A stretch of DNA of 64,000 bases from Magallana gigas (Eukaryota), in assembly GCF_963853765.1 (NCBI RefSeq), contig NC_088853.1, forward strand, positions 31,434,001-31,498,000, given 5' to 3'. The notes beneath the pieces are model-generated. The model searched no databases, was not told the origin of the DNA, and worked only from the letters and a program-made list of their open reading frames with translations. Of the stretch, positions 51,538 to 64,000 are shown in pieces; position 1 is the first letter of the stretch; each line of letters opens with the position of its first letter. The position numbers and the translations under genes are program-made.

Positions 51538-54500
51538 GTAAATATAAACTTTTGTATAGTTATTCCAAAACATACTGATTTTTTATGTTTCAAATATGTT
51601 TATAATTGCGAAGCGTGTCCATTAAACAAGTTATTGACAGGGAACTAATTTTAAATATTCATACACAAATAGGACGCCTCATTCCATTGTCAGTTTGAAA
51701 AAACCCCCAAAGAAACACATGCCCAATGGCAACATCGCTAACCTGGGCAACAATAAGCATGAAACGATCAGCTTAATGGAGTCATACAATTATCAAATAC
51801 TGCGCGTTAAGTGGCAGATGAAGAGCGATTAAAACTAATATAGCTACCAAAAGCTTTTATAAGAAGACAGACAAAACACCTTATTAAAAATTGTACTGGT
51901 ATATTGAACCTATGTAAACAAAAAACAGGGTACGAGCCTTGTTTACACGACAAAGAACTGTGAGTTTTGTATCTTGCTCATACAATGTATCTCACAACTC
52001 TTTCCAATTTAATTTGATCATTAGAAACACATACCTAAAGCAATGTAAATTAAAAAAAAACCCAGTAAAACTGAATTGGATCAAAATCGAGACCATGCCC
52101 CTGTCTATTCACGTAATAGATCAAAATACGGAAGTAGTGGATTTTAGCGATTATTATTTATTTTAACAACAACGATATGTTATTTTGCTTGGCAAGTAGT
52201 GTATAATCTGTATTTGAATTACGCATATTTTCATAATATGAAATCTCAGACTTTTCCGACAGGAATTTAAAAAACCCCGAATGAATCATGTTGTGTAATA
52301 TTAATAAATAGAATTGATTCAATCTAAGTATGTATCAGTAATCAAAATACTTCAAACAAGTATGGATCAAAGCAATAACGAACTCTAAGTCTCGTTAAAC
52401 CATGCAGATGCTTTGCTGTCTCCGTTAATCTCCGACAAGCAAGAGATACTCCCTGCCAACACCAGGTCACGTGTTGGCTTGATGTCGCGACCCCCAAATA
52501 TAGAATAACTCTCTGCTTGTCGGAGATTTACGGACACAGCCGGTGGTTGAACAAGACTATATTGAACTCTGGCGTAGGAATACATTCGACTGCAAAAATA
52601 TCTAAGTGTTCGTACTATTCAAGATCTGACTATTTTAAGGTATTTATAAATAAGTGTCATTAAAAAACAATGCTTCTGATAAATTACATCGAATTTATCT
52701 ATTTTTTTCAAAAACTAAGTCTTGTCAGCGGTGATGACTTGTGCTTAGGCCCAAACACTGTTTCAGTTTCTGTTTGCCATAGTAACTGTATGGGAGAGTA
52801 GATTAAAATTAACTCCCAAAAATTGGTTTATTTTGATTTGTGATAATTATTCACGTTTGTAATAACATTGCCCACTATGAAATACAAAGAAAAACATGCA
52901 CCGTCTAAGCCATGGATACTTCTATTCCTTTCCGTATCACAAACCCCTTAAACCAGAAAATATAATTAAAACCTACCGAAGCATTCCTGTTATGGTGATA
53001 TGATAACTACAAGACGAGTTTTATTACAGTAATACAATTACAATGATGATGTGATAAAAAAGTGGTTCAATCGTGTTATGTAACAGTTTCTGGAATTAAT
53101 TTAAACATATATCAACATACTGTTTCAAATGATTTATAGTCTGTATTGTATTTTTTAAACAAGAAAATCTCAGTAGAAGACCCACAACAGTACTCACCCA
53201 AAGTTCTACCTACAATGCACAGACAGCATCAATTGCTAATGATGGCGATGTTCATACTGACGATCTCAATTGTGCTCATACTGCGCCAAATAACGAAAAG
53301 GCTTGGCTACAGGTGGACTTTGGAGAATCATACAGTATAAACAATGTCAAAATCTATTACAGAAGAGACGGTATGTATATGGCATTCCATTCCCATTTTG
53401 ATTTTAAGTCTATCGGGTAAGCTATTGCAAATGGTTTTCGTCATTTGTCTTGCGTTAAAAAATGAACATGTTTAAAGTTTTAAAAACTAATTGGCCAGTT
53501 TGTTTAAAATGTGGCATGATGCATTTTAACGGCAGAAAAAGCAATTCCGTGAGATTTACCCCATAGGGACTGAGCTAAATTGCCTACATTAGGCATATTT
53601 GATTTTTTATTCTCTACATTTGCGTATCTAAAGTAATAATTAAAGTTATAGTCATATAGACTAGGGTGTCCTCCACTTAATCTGCTGATACTAATTACCT
53701 ACTGACTTATATTAAGAAAAATCTTTTTAAAAATAACCTTAATCCTTCTACCAATATTGTATATGTCATGTCCCCTTATACAGATGATAAAAATTTATTT
53801 TATAACGCACCGAACAAGGTCTGCATTCTGTTCTTTAAACAAACCGACAGGAATGCATGCAAATTAAGTGGGGAGGGGGGATAAAGCAAAGTCTGGTTGT
53901 AGTATTAGTTCAGTCAGTTCTGCTAAGATGTATCCAATGAATCACATCACATGAAACAAAATGTTCCTTATTATTTCAAACTGATGATAAAATCGACTTG
54001 AATAGATGATACAAATTAATCCATTTGACTTTGTAACCATTTGAAATTAAAAGGGGATGGACATTACAATTGGAAGCAGTACCGGTTCAGACAGTTCTAC
54101 TTAGATGTCTCGAACTCATCAGCAACACAGACACCAACGTCACTGAGAACTCGCTGTTACAAAGACAACACGACTGCCCCAAACTTACCTCCAAATATAA
54201 TAGACATACCATGTAAACGCACAGCTAGATCCGTCATTGTGGAGACCACGTACGACCCACCAGAAGATGATAGAGATGGTGAACACGGGGCGATCCTTGA
54301 AATATGTGAAATAGAAGTTTATGGTAATCAAGCTTAAAAATCAAATAGCTGGTAATCAATGGAGACTTTGAATCAAACGCTTCCAAAATCGTATTTTAGA
54401 TTATTTTATTCTATTCAAGAATATAGGATATATCTTAGCAATATACATGTTAATACATTCATATTGATCAATATTTCGGCATATTTCGGGATGTCCTTAC

Positions 54501-57500
54501 ACGTTTTTCATATGTATAAAAAATGTATCCCATGCACTATTTATTTAACAAAAAGCCTGCACAAATAACTATATCAACGTATTCAATTTAGAATTGAAAC
54601 TAGTTTAATCACAAANNNNNNNNNNNNNNNNNNNNNNNNNNNNNNNNNNNNNNNNNNNNNNNNNNNNNNNNNNNNNNNNNNNNNNNNNNNNNNNNNNNNN
54701 NNNNNNNNNNNNNNNNNNNNNNNNNNNNNNNNNNNNNNNNNNNNNNTATTTAAACCTGCATTAAGAAAACCAGCATTACAATTTTCTATTTCCGTTCAAT
54801 CAATTAACAACTGCGAAATATAAAACGTGTTTGCAGTTTGTAACGAACATTCTGATACACCATGTGAAATGAAAATTATAAGGATGCCGTCACTCAGATT
54901 CCGTTTTAGGACCAGGATTTCATTTGATCAATATGTCTATTGACAGGTTTTCTAATACTGAAACAGAGGATCGTAATTCGTATTTAGTAGTTATAGACGG
55001 AACCTCAAATTTAGAAGCATACGGCAGGTCTACATGTTTAAATTGAGAATAGTCCCTTTTGTTACAGTCCTAGAGCTCTCTAATGTTCATTCTTTAACTT
55101 GTTTAACACATATATCAAGTAAATAACAATTTATAACATTTCCATATTCCATTCCGTTCAGCTCTCCGTTCTGTTTTCCGTTCCGCGTTTTCGCAACACC
55201 CGATAAAACCCCTGCAATGCTTCACAATACTCAGCATTAAAACAGTTTCTAATGAAAGCAAATATAAATTTCACATTTTCTTTTCATCTTTTTGACAAGG
55301 TCAGGTCTTTACTTTATAGCGAACAAAGCGAGCTCGAAGAACAAGCGCAAGGTTGATATGAATAGCATATGCTACAGTTTCATCAAAAACACATTTTTGG
55401 CAATATCCAGTATGCGTACTTGTTCTCGTAGTTCTATTGCCAGAAATGGCTGACATTTAGCACAGTTTTTACGGTTCCAATGGACATATTTTAGTATTGC
55501 ACAAGAGGGATAATGCACACCTGTATTGCTTTGTATTCTGTCGATAGACGTAAAGCCCATTTCACAATTGGCGCACGAGCACTTCACAACACTTTACGAC
55601 CGGAATATTATAGATTCGCACTAGCTCTCTAATACGTTGCACGAGCTCTCGCATACGTTGCATGAGCTCTCGCATTCGTTGCATGCGTTTTAATGCTCGC
55701 ATCAATTCTCCTCAAAAAACTGGACATGCACACTATTCAGTCGCGAGCGAATGCGATCCAAATCATCGCAGTGCAACGCACTTACATTAGTAAAATAATT
55801 TTACAACGTTTTGTGTACTTGTGCAAGAGTGATGAACGATTTTTAAAGGTCGCAAGATGATTTGTAGTTGTTAATGCGTGTATTGTGCGACTATGAGCCT
55901 GTTGCTCAACAGGTGTCGTGTTATCTTGCAACGTTTTACATTCATTGCACGACTTATCTGTAATATGCCATGCTTTGCCACTAGTATATAATACCGGTAT
56001 ACCCTGTATAAGCATCTCTGTTTTAGACCACAATTCAACAACATACATTTATTGCATGATGGTGAGGAAATATGAAGATTTATTTCTCCATGATAAATAA
56101 TTTTACCCAGGGCATCGCCTGCGGTATTTAGTTTTTTCTGGGAAAATAAATCTTGATATTTTTTTAACTTTAATGCAATAAACGAACAACATATGAATAT
56201 ACAAAATGTGTTGTTTTCTAACAATTGTTTAATTGTTTGATTTCCTCTGTTACTCTCATTTTTTTTCATGATTTCGAATCCTAGATAGTTAAGTTGGTTT
56301 TGTGATATATAGAGAACCATAAAATTTTGATTAAATCATACTTGTCTACATCATGTGTTCATATCGGCTTTTTCATTCCTATGAAATCGTCCTGTCAGAG
56401 TTTCTAGACCAATGAATAATAGAATAATCATATTGAGTAATAATAATAATTGCTGCTGAATCTCTGTTTGTTCTTGGGCTGCATGTTCTCTCGTCTTCAA
56501 CTATGTCTACTGAAGAGCGTCGGAAATGGGCGGTATATATACCCCTTTTGACTCGCACGAGTATTCATACCATGGAAAGCAAGATCGCACATTCAATCGT
56601 CCGACCACCTGGTCTCTTGCCCGATCCTATCGCATTAAATATCAACAAGGGTGTGTAGTGACCTTAAATAAAGTTTGTAGCTTAAGGGTCAAGGTCATAT
56701 CAGACCGTGCAAAAATCTTTTTTTCAGAGCATATATACTAACAACTTAGCCCTTTTTGGCTCATGCTTTAAATAACAAAGCTTATGAAAAACAGGTGTGT
56801 ATTGACCTTGAATCAATTTCTAAAATCAAAAGTAAAGGTCATAGAGAATTACCTGAAAAGTCCTTGCCCGGAGCATATCTTCTCTTCCTTTTCTTCAAGC
56901 TTGCTCATACTTCACTCACATAGTGCGTTTGATTAAAGGGTTTGCAGTGACTTTATATGATGTTTGTAAATTAAGTGTCAAGGTCTAATCAGATTAAACA
57001 ATTATCCTTTTAAGAGCATATGCATACCCTCCACTTAGTCCTTTTTTGCTTAGCCTATACTTTACTTTAACAGAAATTGTTGGTGAATGGCGTGGAGTGA
57101 CCTTAAACCAAGCTCTTTTTTATTTAATGTCTTTGGTTCGCAATATTCACGACAACGATACCTGGTTTCATGGCATGAAAGCTTTCATATAAATCGGCGA
57201 ATTCTTTAATCCCGGTACAGGTCCTTACAAAACACGAAAAAAAAACATACCGTGCTTTCCCTAGGTTATAACGTAACTCGTATTTAATAGCATCGTTAAT
57301 TATGTTCCAATATTCGGTAGGCAACACGTTTTCAAGTTGTATTAATGCCGTAGTGTGTATATAACCCGTTAGTTAATCCGATTAAAATCTTAAAATGCAA
57401 GGGGCGCAACTCAAGTTGCTCTCTAGATAGCGCCACCACATCACCGAGTTTTCGTAATGAAATCCGCCAAGTGGACCGAAAAACCTTGGCTAGCGAAGAT

Positions 57501-60500
57501 GTTTGAGATGGTCACTATCTCCATGTTGTCTAGTTAGTTCTAAAATTAAGAAAATCAACATCTTTAAACCAGTTGAATTGTCTGTCATCGCAATTTCTCT
57601 TACGTTTTTGTTATCCAGGTGCAAATCAGGTCAATGTATTCGGCGAATGTAGAAATCTCTCCTTCGTTAAACTCAACAATAAATCATTGCATCCAAATGT
57701 TTGAATAATTATTCTGATTAGATACCACCCTGGGCCTCCTATTCATGATTTAAGACTAGTCAGTTCACAAAAGTTTGGCCTAGGTATTCCATAAGCTTTT
57801 TTGGAGATCCGCTCCAGACACAGTTGATACAAATCGAGTATTTATTACAACATGATTTATCGAGTGTATAACGAAAAATGTAACTCATGCAATTCTTTGC
57901 TAAATAAGTTATTATAACACAGGTTTATAAAAAAAATTAAAACAGGAAACAAACACAAAACAAAAGATAACTTGAAATAATTTATGAATTTTAGGATGTG
58001 AGACAACTTGCAGAAATAATGTCTGCGATGGCTTTGGAAACTGTACCGATGGATGCGTAGACGGATACTGGGGCCCCCCTGCCTGTAATTTCAAATGCCC
58101 TGCAGATTGCAAAGAGCCAAATTGTATTATGTATAATGGACATTGTAACAGCTGTAAGTCTGGTTACTGGGGAAATACATGCATTTCACAATGTCCAATA
58201 AATTGTATCGGAAGAGTCTGTGACAAGAGCAGTGGTACCTGTACACAGGGATGCACATCGGGACGGTATGGAGACACGTGTAATATAACATGTAGTCCTT
58301 GGTGTGTTGGAGGGACATGCGACAAACAAAGTGCAACCTGTTTTAATGGATGTGTGCAGAACTGGTCAGGGTCTCAATGTGACGGTAAGATTTACAATAG
58401 AAACAAACCGAGCGAATCAGATATATATGCTTACTTTCGTTATTCACAAAAGCTAAAAACTACGTCACAAAAGCATTAAATAGGACACAAAAGAGGTATA
58501 CAACTAAAATAACGAAAAGGTTTTCATATATCCTGGAAAGTTTTTTGCATCGTACTTTCCTTTAAATGTGGGTAAAACTATAAAAACCCTGACCTGTTAA
58601 AAATAAATCTGTTCACTTCTTTTACTTTTCTCCAATAAACAGAATGCGACTCAAATCATTATGGATCTTCTTGTTCTCTTGTCTGCAACTCTAACTGTGT
58701 GAATTATACATGTAATGACACTGATGGTATCTGTAGTTTGGGATGTAAGACGGGGTTCCATGGAGACGTGTGTGACAGACAATGTACAAGCAGCTGTCCG
58801 TCAGGTTGTGATCGATCAACAGGACAATGTAATGGAGACTGTCCAGTAGGCAAGTTCGGGGAATTCTGTAACAAATTTTGTAACCAAGGTTGTGAAGACA
58901 GATGTATGAGATACAGTGGTATTTGCACTAACTGCATTGATGGAATGTTCGGAGACGTATGTGATGGGAACTGTAGCAGTTGCCCTACAGGGTGTGACAG
59001 AATCTCCGGACGATGCGGTGGAGATTGTCCAGCTGGCAAGTTCGGGGAGTTTTGTAACAAAACATGTAGCCAACACTGTAGAAATGGATGCATCAGACTT
59101 ACGGGCAGTTGTAATGATGGTTGCACTGTGGGAAAATTAGGAGATTTCTGCAACGAAACCTGTGATGCTAGACACGAAACGTGTTGTAGTCATGATACTT
59201 GTGCAAGATACTGTAAGCCTTACCGATTTTTTAAAGATATATATTTTTTTCAAATGATGTTTTTTTTTTTAATTATTTTATTAAATCAAGTAAATTTGCC
59301 TTCATTAAAACTATATAAGTCATGTCATTTAAATCTGAGGTACAGAAAAAAAAATCACTTAAATATAGTTTTATCTATGTTGTTATTTTTACAGGTACAC
59401 AATCACCGATACCAAACACGGAACATATGTCCAGTTTGTATGCAGTGATTACAGTCTTTTGCATCAGTCTGCTCGTCAACATTTTTACAATAACCTGGTA
59501 TGTTATTAATTATTTACATGATCACAGACTATAATGTGTTAGCATTTTATCTGGAATTTGAACTCATTGAAAACCAAGCAAGTGTTTCTTTTTTAAATGA
59601 TACATTCTGAACATTACACGAGGAAATGAAAGAAACACATCATTATTAGTTATATGTTAATTCAGCTTAACAAAGGAACATTTAGTATTTTATGTACTTG
59701 CATACATAGAGCGTCTTGTTCCTAAAATTGTTTATTCATTGCCTTATTCTTCATCATTTGATTGCGTTGTACATCAATATAAATTAAAACCAATCAGTTT
59801 AATAAAAAGAAAATGAAAAATATAAATATAAATATCACACCAAACATTAAACATTCAACATATAAAATGGAATAAACTAAAAAAAACTCAATAAGGTCCG
59901 CATAGGAAAGATAAAATACACTTGATGATACCCCGCGCAAGCGCGGGAATTAACATTTTACACATTTATATGATATAATGCTTAATATGTTGAACCATAT
60001 TTTTTGGTTCATTTTATGTAAATAGTTTGTCCGATTTTTTCCTTAACTTATTCTTAAAAATTGAAATCTAAAAAAAACTGCATTGTTGGATATTTAGAGG
60101 AGTGGGCAGGGATGAAAAACCTAAACTGAAATGGATAATATATACATATACGTGGCTTTAATTATAATTGTTGCATCTGTCTACAAAAAAATAAAAAAAA
60201 TATTATGTTCATTTCAAACCAGTAAATTGGTATTTAGTGCATTTCAGTAAAATTTCTATTACTGTCTCAAATAAGTATTTTAGATAAAAGACTGTTTTAA
60301 AAAACAACATGAACAAGACGCTCTATGTACATGTATGCAAGTTCATAAAATATCCTCATTAAACTTCCTCATTGTATGCATACATCATTTATCCATATAG
60401 ACGTAGAATCTGTTCAATAAATAATGTTTACAAACTACTGTCTAAGTTTAACTACCAATATGTCATGATATGAAAGTATATGAAATTGAAACACGCTATG

Positions 60501-61526
60501 TTATGCATATTCATTGGCATAATTCAAACTAAACTTGTCAGATTCGGAGTATCTCTCCGATGGTTACCTCACCCTACACATTTCGCCATGATGTTAATAA
60601 GTCAACCCGTTTCTTGGCACCCCGTTCTAAAAATGTCTTTCCATCAGCACTAAAATAGCCTTAATTGTTCCATTCAATTTATTAACTTTTTGTATTAATC
60701 AAAGTCCGATCCAAGGTATCTGCCCGCGTTGCATGATGAACTCGTCCTACATCTTTCGTTAATTAGTCAATCCGCTTTCTTGGTTACCCCGTTGTGGAAA
60801 GTTATATCCCATTCTCTCACCATAGGTCGTGATTCGCAAGTGAATGAGTATCAAAACTAAAACCATCCACTGAAGAAACGAATCGACTCATTTTATTTAT
60901 TCAATATTTGTCAAATCTTAACTTCTATGTATTTTTTTAAAATAGGCTCACAATAAATATATTCACTCTTAACGTATTTATTCAATATTGATTCATTGCA
61001 AGTATTTATTTTGATCGAGACTATCGATCCCTGACTTGGATCCGCCAAAGCGTGTCTACCACCTTACTCTCATTTTTGTTATTTCGGGCTTATTTCTCGA
61101 AAATGGAAGTAGGTTTTTAATTAATTTCACAATTATAACTTATCATTTAAAATTCAGTTATACCTTACGGACATCATCTCATGTTCACATGTGTTGAAAT
61201 ACCAAAGGTAAGCAGTTACTCTGGAGCAGGCGTTTTGTAGCTTATTTGCAAAATGCTTTAATTTATAAGTATAGATATGATTACACTATAGGCAAAACAG
61301 CCACTTACCGCCCAATTATAAAATGTAACTTTAATGTTGCAGGATTTTTAGAAACAAAGCATGCAAGAGTCAAGATGTTAATCAAGAGGAAAAGAAGGAC
61401 ACTGATTCCATTTCCACCCCTGGGATTTATGATACAGCGGAAGAAAACGCCGGATACCAAGAATTGGGTCAACTCAGCGGACCATCTCACTACGATCATC
61501 TCCAAGGGCCAGCAACTAATAAATAG
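51480..61526 (+). CDS. Receptor copy C: signal peptide + F-type-lectin-like domain + long EGF stalk + TM + ITAM tail; 7 exons, 1782 nt, 593 aa
   Basis: Exons 51480-51537, 53164-53370, 54054-54323, 57995-58384, 58643-59212, 59395-59497, 61343-61526; GT-AG, same phases as copy A, no internal stops. The N-gap at 54616-54746 lies in intron 3. Confidence 0.88.
53164..53370 (+). CDS. Copy C exon 2 (lectin-like domain N-half, ..CAHTAPNNEKAWLQVDFG..YYRRDG)
   Basis: 207 nt open, AG/GT flanked. Confidence 0.92.
54054..54323 (+). CDS. Copy C exon 3 (lectin-like domain C-half)
   Basis: 270 nt, WKQYRFRQFYLD..LEICEIEVYG; contained in ORF 54041-54337. Confidence 0.92.
54616..54746. other. Assembly gap (131 N) in intron 3 of copy C
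   Basis: Run of N. Confidence 1.
56540..57120. repeat. Degenerate ~150-180-bp tandem units (GTGACCTT..GGTCAAGGTC), satellite-like HINE cargo
   Basis: The motif recurs at ~56616, 56799, 56944, 57094. Confidence 0.5.
57995..58384 (+). CDS. Copy C exon 4, EGF repeats
   Basis: 390 nt Cys-rich open frame, TAG acceptor, GTAAG donor. Confidence 0.92.
58643..59212 (+). CDS. Copy C exon 5, EGF repeats with an internal 2 x 189-nt duplication
   Basis: 570 nt open; units at ~58771-58959 and ~58960-59148 share ..CP.GCDR..G.C.GDCP.GKFGEFCNK.C. Confidence 0.92.
59395..59497 (+). CDS. Copy C exon 6, transmembrane helix (LYAVITVFCISLLVNIFTITW)
   Basis: 103 nt, CAG acceptor, TG|GTATGT donor. Confidence 0.88.
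61343..61526 (+). CDS. Copy C exon 7, cytoplasmic tail with IYDTA and YQEL-x8-YDHL, stop TAG
   Basis: TTGCAG acceptor; the frame differs from listed ORF 61246-61545 but matches the copy A tail. Confidence 0.9.
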
Positions 61527-64000
61527 ACAATGCATGTATATATAGTAATGGAACTGAGATTCTGTATGTTTGATGCAAAATCGCATCGATAGATGTGGTA
61601 ATTGATTTTAATTTGTCATCTATTGTATATATGTTGTAACCTTTATGAATTTTATCGCAATAAACTTTGTATGCACATTTATTTTCTTACTTTTTAGGTT
61701 TATGATAAGAAACCGTAGCAAGAAAAAAATAGTTTGAATGTAATGTTTTTCTTTTGTTCTTTTTGTTTTCAATATATTTTATACAAATCATATCATATAG
61801 GTCAGCATTATTTTCTTCCTAGAGTGAAAAAAACCCATAAATTATCATTTCTAATTATCTTTTTTTTTTAGAGGGGGGGGGGGGGTTCTTGTCATTTGTT
61901 ATTCAATATAACTATACAAGTACACCTTTATACATGTAATTGTCAAATTATTGATTTAATTGCTACATATATTAGTAAATGTAAAGTTTTTATAAGAAAG
62001 TGTTTATATATCAACAGCTCAAGCAGATATACATGTAACACACTATTGTTGCATTTCATTTTTTGGTTAATATATAACCATTCCAACCTTTCTTTTGTTT
62101 TACATTATGATTTTTTTTATGGATTTTTGAGATGGTTCACGGCTTGTTATTGTCATTTATTCACTGTAAATAATTTTTGTAGCATTAAGTTACGGCAAGT
62201 ACATGTTTGCTTGTTTTGAAATATACTGCCAAGAGATACAACATGTAGCTACATACCTATTAATAATATGAATATTTGCATGCAAAAACATATCTGTTTA
62301 TTTTCATTAATTTTTGGTAAGTGTATCAAACAACACTGGTGAATGTGATATCTCAAGGACTATTTGAAAATGCAATTCAATTAAAAATGACAATGGAATT
62401 TATCATTATCTACATGTATATATTGCATGTTTTTTTTTTATAAGGGTAAAGAAAAGATTAATGCCTTTTGGCATGTATAATATTGCACTTATCGTAGATA
62501 GGATTGGATCCTAATAATATTGCTCCTTTATAAAATGACAGCCTGTTTAACTATTTCAATCGTTTGTTTTTTGTTCAGTAAGTAAAATAAAATCTTGACA
62601 TATGATTTATTTTGTCGCATTTTTTAACATGCGTGAATATTAAAACAAAGAGAAATTGGGACGTTCCAGACATCCAACTTCCCTCCCCCAAACTTATCAA
62701 CTTATCAAACTTATTGAATTGATTTAAATTATTGAAAACGGGACTCATGCAGTGGAGAACACAAATTTCCCCGGATACCATCTTTCTGAAGGGAAAACAA
62801 TTCTGTACAAAATTATAGAACATGCAATATATTTTGAAGATGTAGACAATTTGATTCAGAGTATACGTAACTCTTGATATTAGCAGCCTATGGATTTTAA
62901 GGTTTGCAGTACCATTTTTAAAAAAAATTCAAAACCTAAAATGCGTACACCACAATCTATTGCCGGATGTAAATGACAAGATATTAGACATAATTTACGA
63001 ATTGTGTCATTTTCATTTATCTTGTCATTCCACTGACGTGCTAATCTTTTATGAATTGGAAATGCTTTATGAATCAAATATGGCCTTAGTGGAATTTGCC
63101 TCGTATTTACTGGTGATTTGATGATCTGGTTATAACAATATAAATTTGATCCCCCTTGACACAAGTAAAACGAGGATTCATATGGTTTAGGGGTGGGGAT
63201 GTCAACAGTTTTTTTTAGATATTTAGTAATTTCCAAAAGCTGTGGGCTATGGAAGAACCCAGGGACCATATCTAATGTACCATATAAATTGCTTTCTAAC
63301 ACTCAGTATGTGCATCTGAAGACCCCATGTAAATATTTTAAACGGTTTCAAAGCTAAAACTATACACAATATTGTGTACAATTTTTGCCATAGGAATCAA
63401 TGTTTGATCCCATCCCATTTGATCCTCCAAAAATATGGTTGACCAACCCAAAATTAAAATATCTAAAAGGGTGAACAACTGGATATGCAGGCGTACAGTT
63501 GTAAAATTCTGTTCAGCCATCTCTAAGAAGAAGAAACCGTCCAAAAAGGAGAATATTAATTACATGTTTTTTTCTGATTTAGGTCAATTCATTTCTTTCT
63601 TGTTGGACGTATTTCTAAAAACGAATAATAACTACGTTTAACACTTTTATAACGGACTTCTTTACAGTTTAAAAAGCCTTCACTACCATTGAACATAATA
63701 GTTTTGGTGAATTTATTTTCACATAAATTATTCAATTTTGTCTGGTTATTAAAGGTATTACAAGAATGGATTTCCATTTTAAGCTTCAATCAGCAAAAAT
63801 TGTAGATTTAAAAAAAAGATTTAAACAGATTTTACATATCTTGAGAAGGAGAGATATTTTGTTTAGCATTGTAGAAGAGAAAATGCCTGCATTGATGATA
63901 CTAAGCGATTCGATTAATCAAAACACCAATGTCTGTCCCCATTAAGGATCTAAAGGGCTTGTCCCTAAAATATTCAATCATTTGTATCTAAAAAAATGAA

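Noticed and set aside
52385-52585. 66-aa minus ORF
   Set aside because: Explained by the GC-rich foldback; no splice or start support.
58704-59153. Minus-strand ORFs 58704-59153 and 58816-59076 (also 57912-58336, 16487-16696)
   Set aside because: Antisense shadows of Cys-rich EGF exons.

Overview
AT-rich eukaryotic (intron-containing) genomic DNA. The repeat families and gene types suggest a bivalve such as Crassostrea/Magallana oyster (inference). It has two N-gaps (33161-33393, 54616-54746). The window is an innate-immune-type gene cluster. (1) Three + strand paralogues of a receptor with signal peptide, F-type-lectin/F5-8C-like domain, EGF/laminin-EGF repeats, TM helix and an ITAM-type tail. 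Copy A (9313-19336; 7 exons, 399 aa) and copy C (51480-61526; 7 exons, 593 aa) reconstruct as intact. Copy B (28163-30829) keeps exons 1-2 and is joined, exactly at its exon-3 splice acceptor, to the antisense strand of a duplicated lectin-gene exon, giving a possible in-frame chimeric 205-aa product. (2) A - strand PAN/apple + C-type lectin gene (23138-25237) with a nonsense codon in its signal peptide and a 10-copy 35-bp array that multiplies its exon-3 splice donor. (3) A - strand pseudogene of a chymotrypsin-fold protease of alpha-lytic/NAL1-like type (39581-~43640). (4) A decayed Penelope-like RT fragment and many non-autonomous DNA elements (Kolobok-like, mariner-like, Helentron/HINE-like, hairpin-ended). 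All exon models, translations and difference counts were done by hand from the sequence; no database searches were run.
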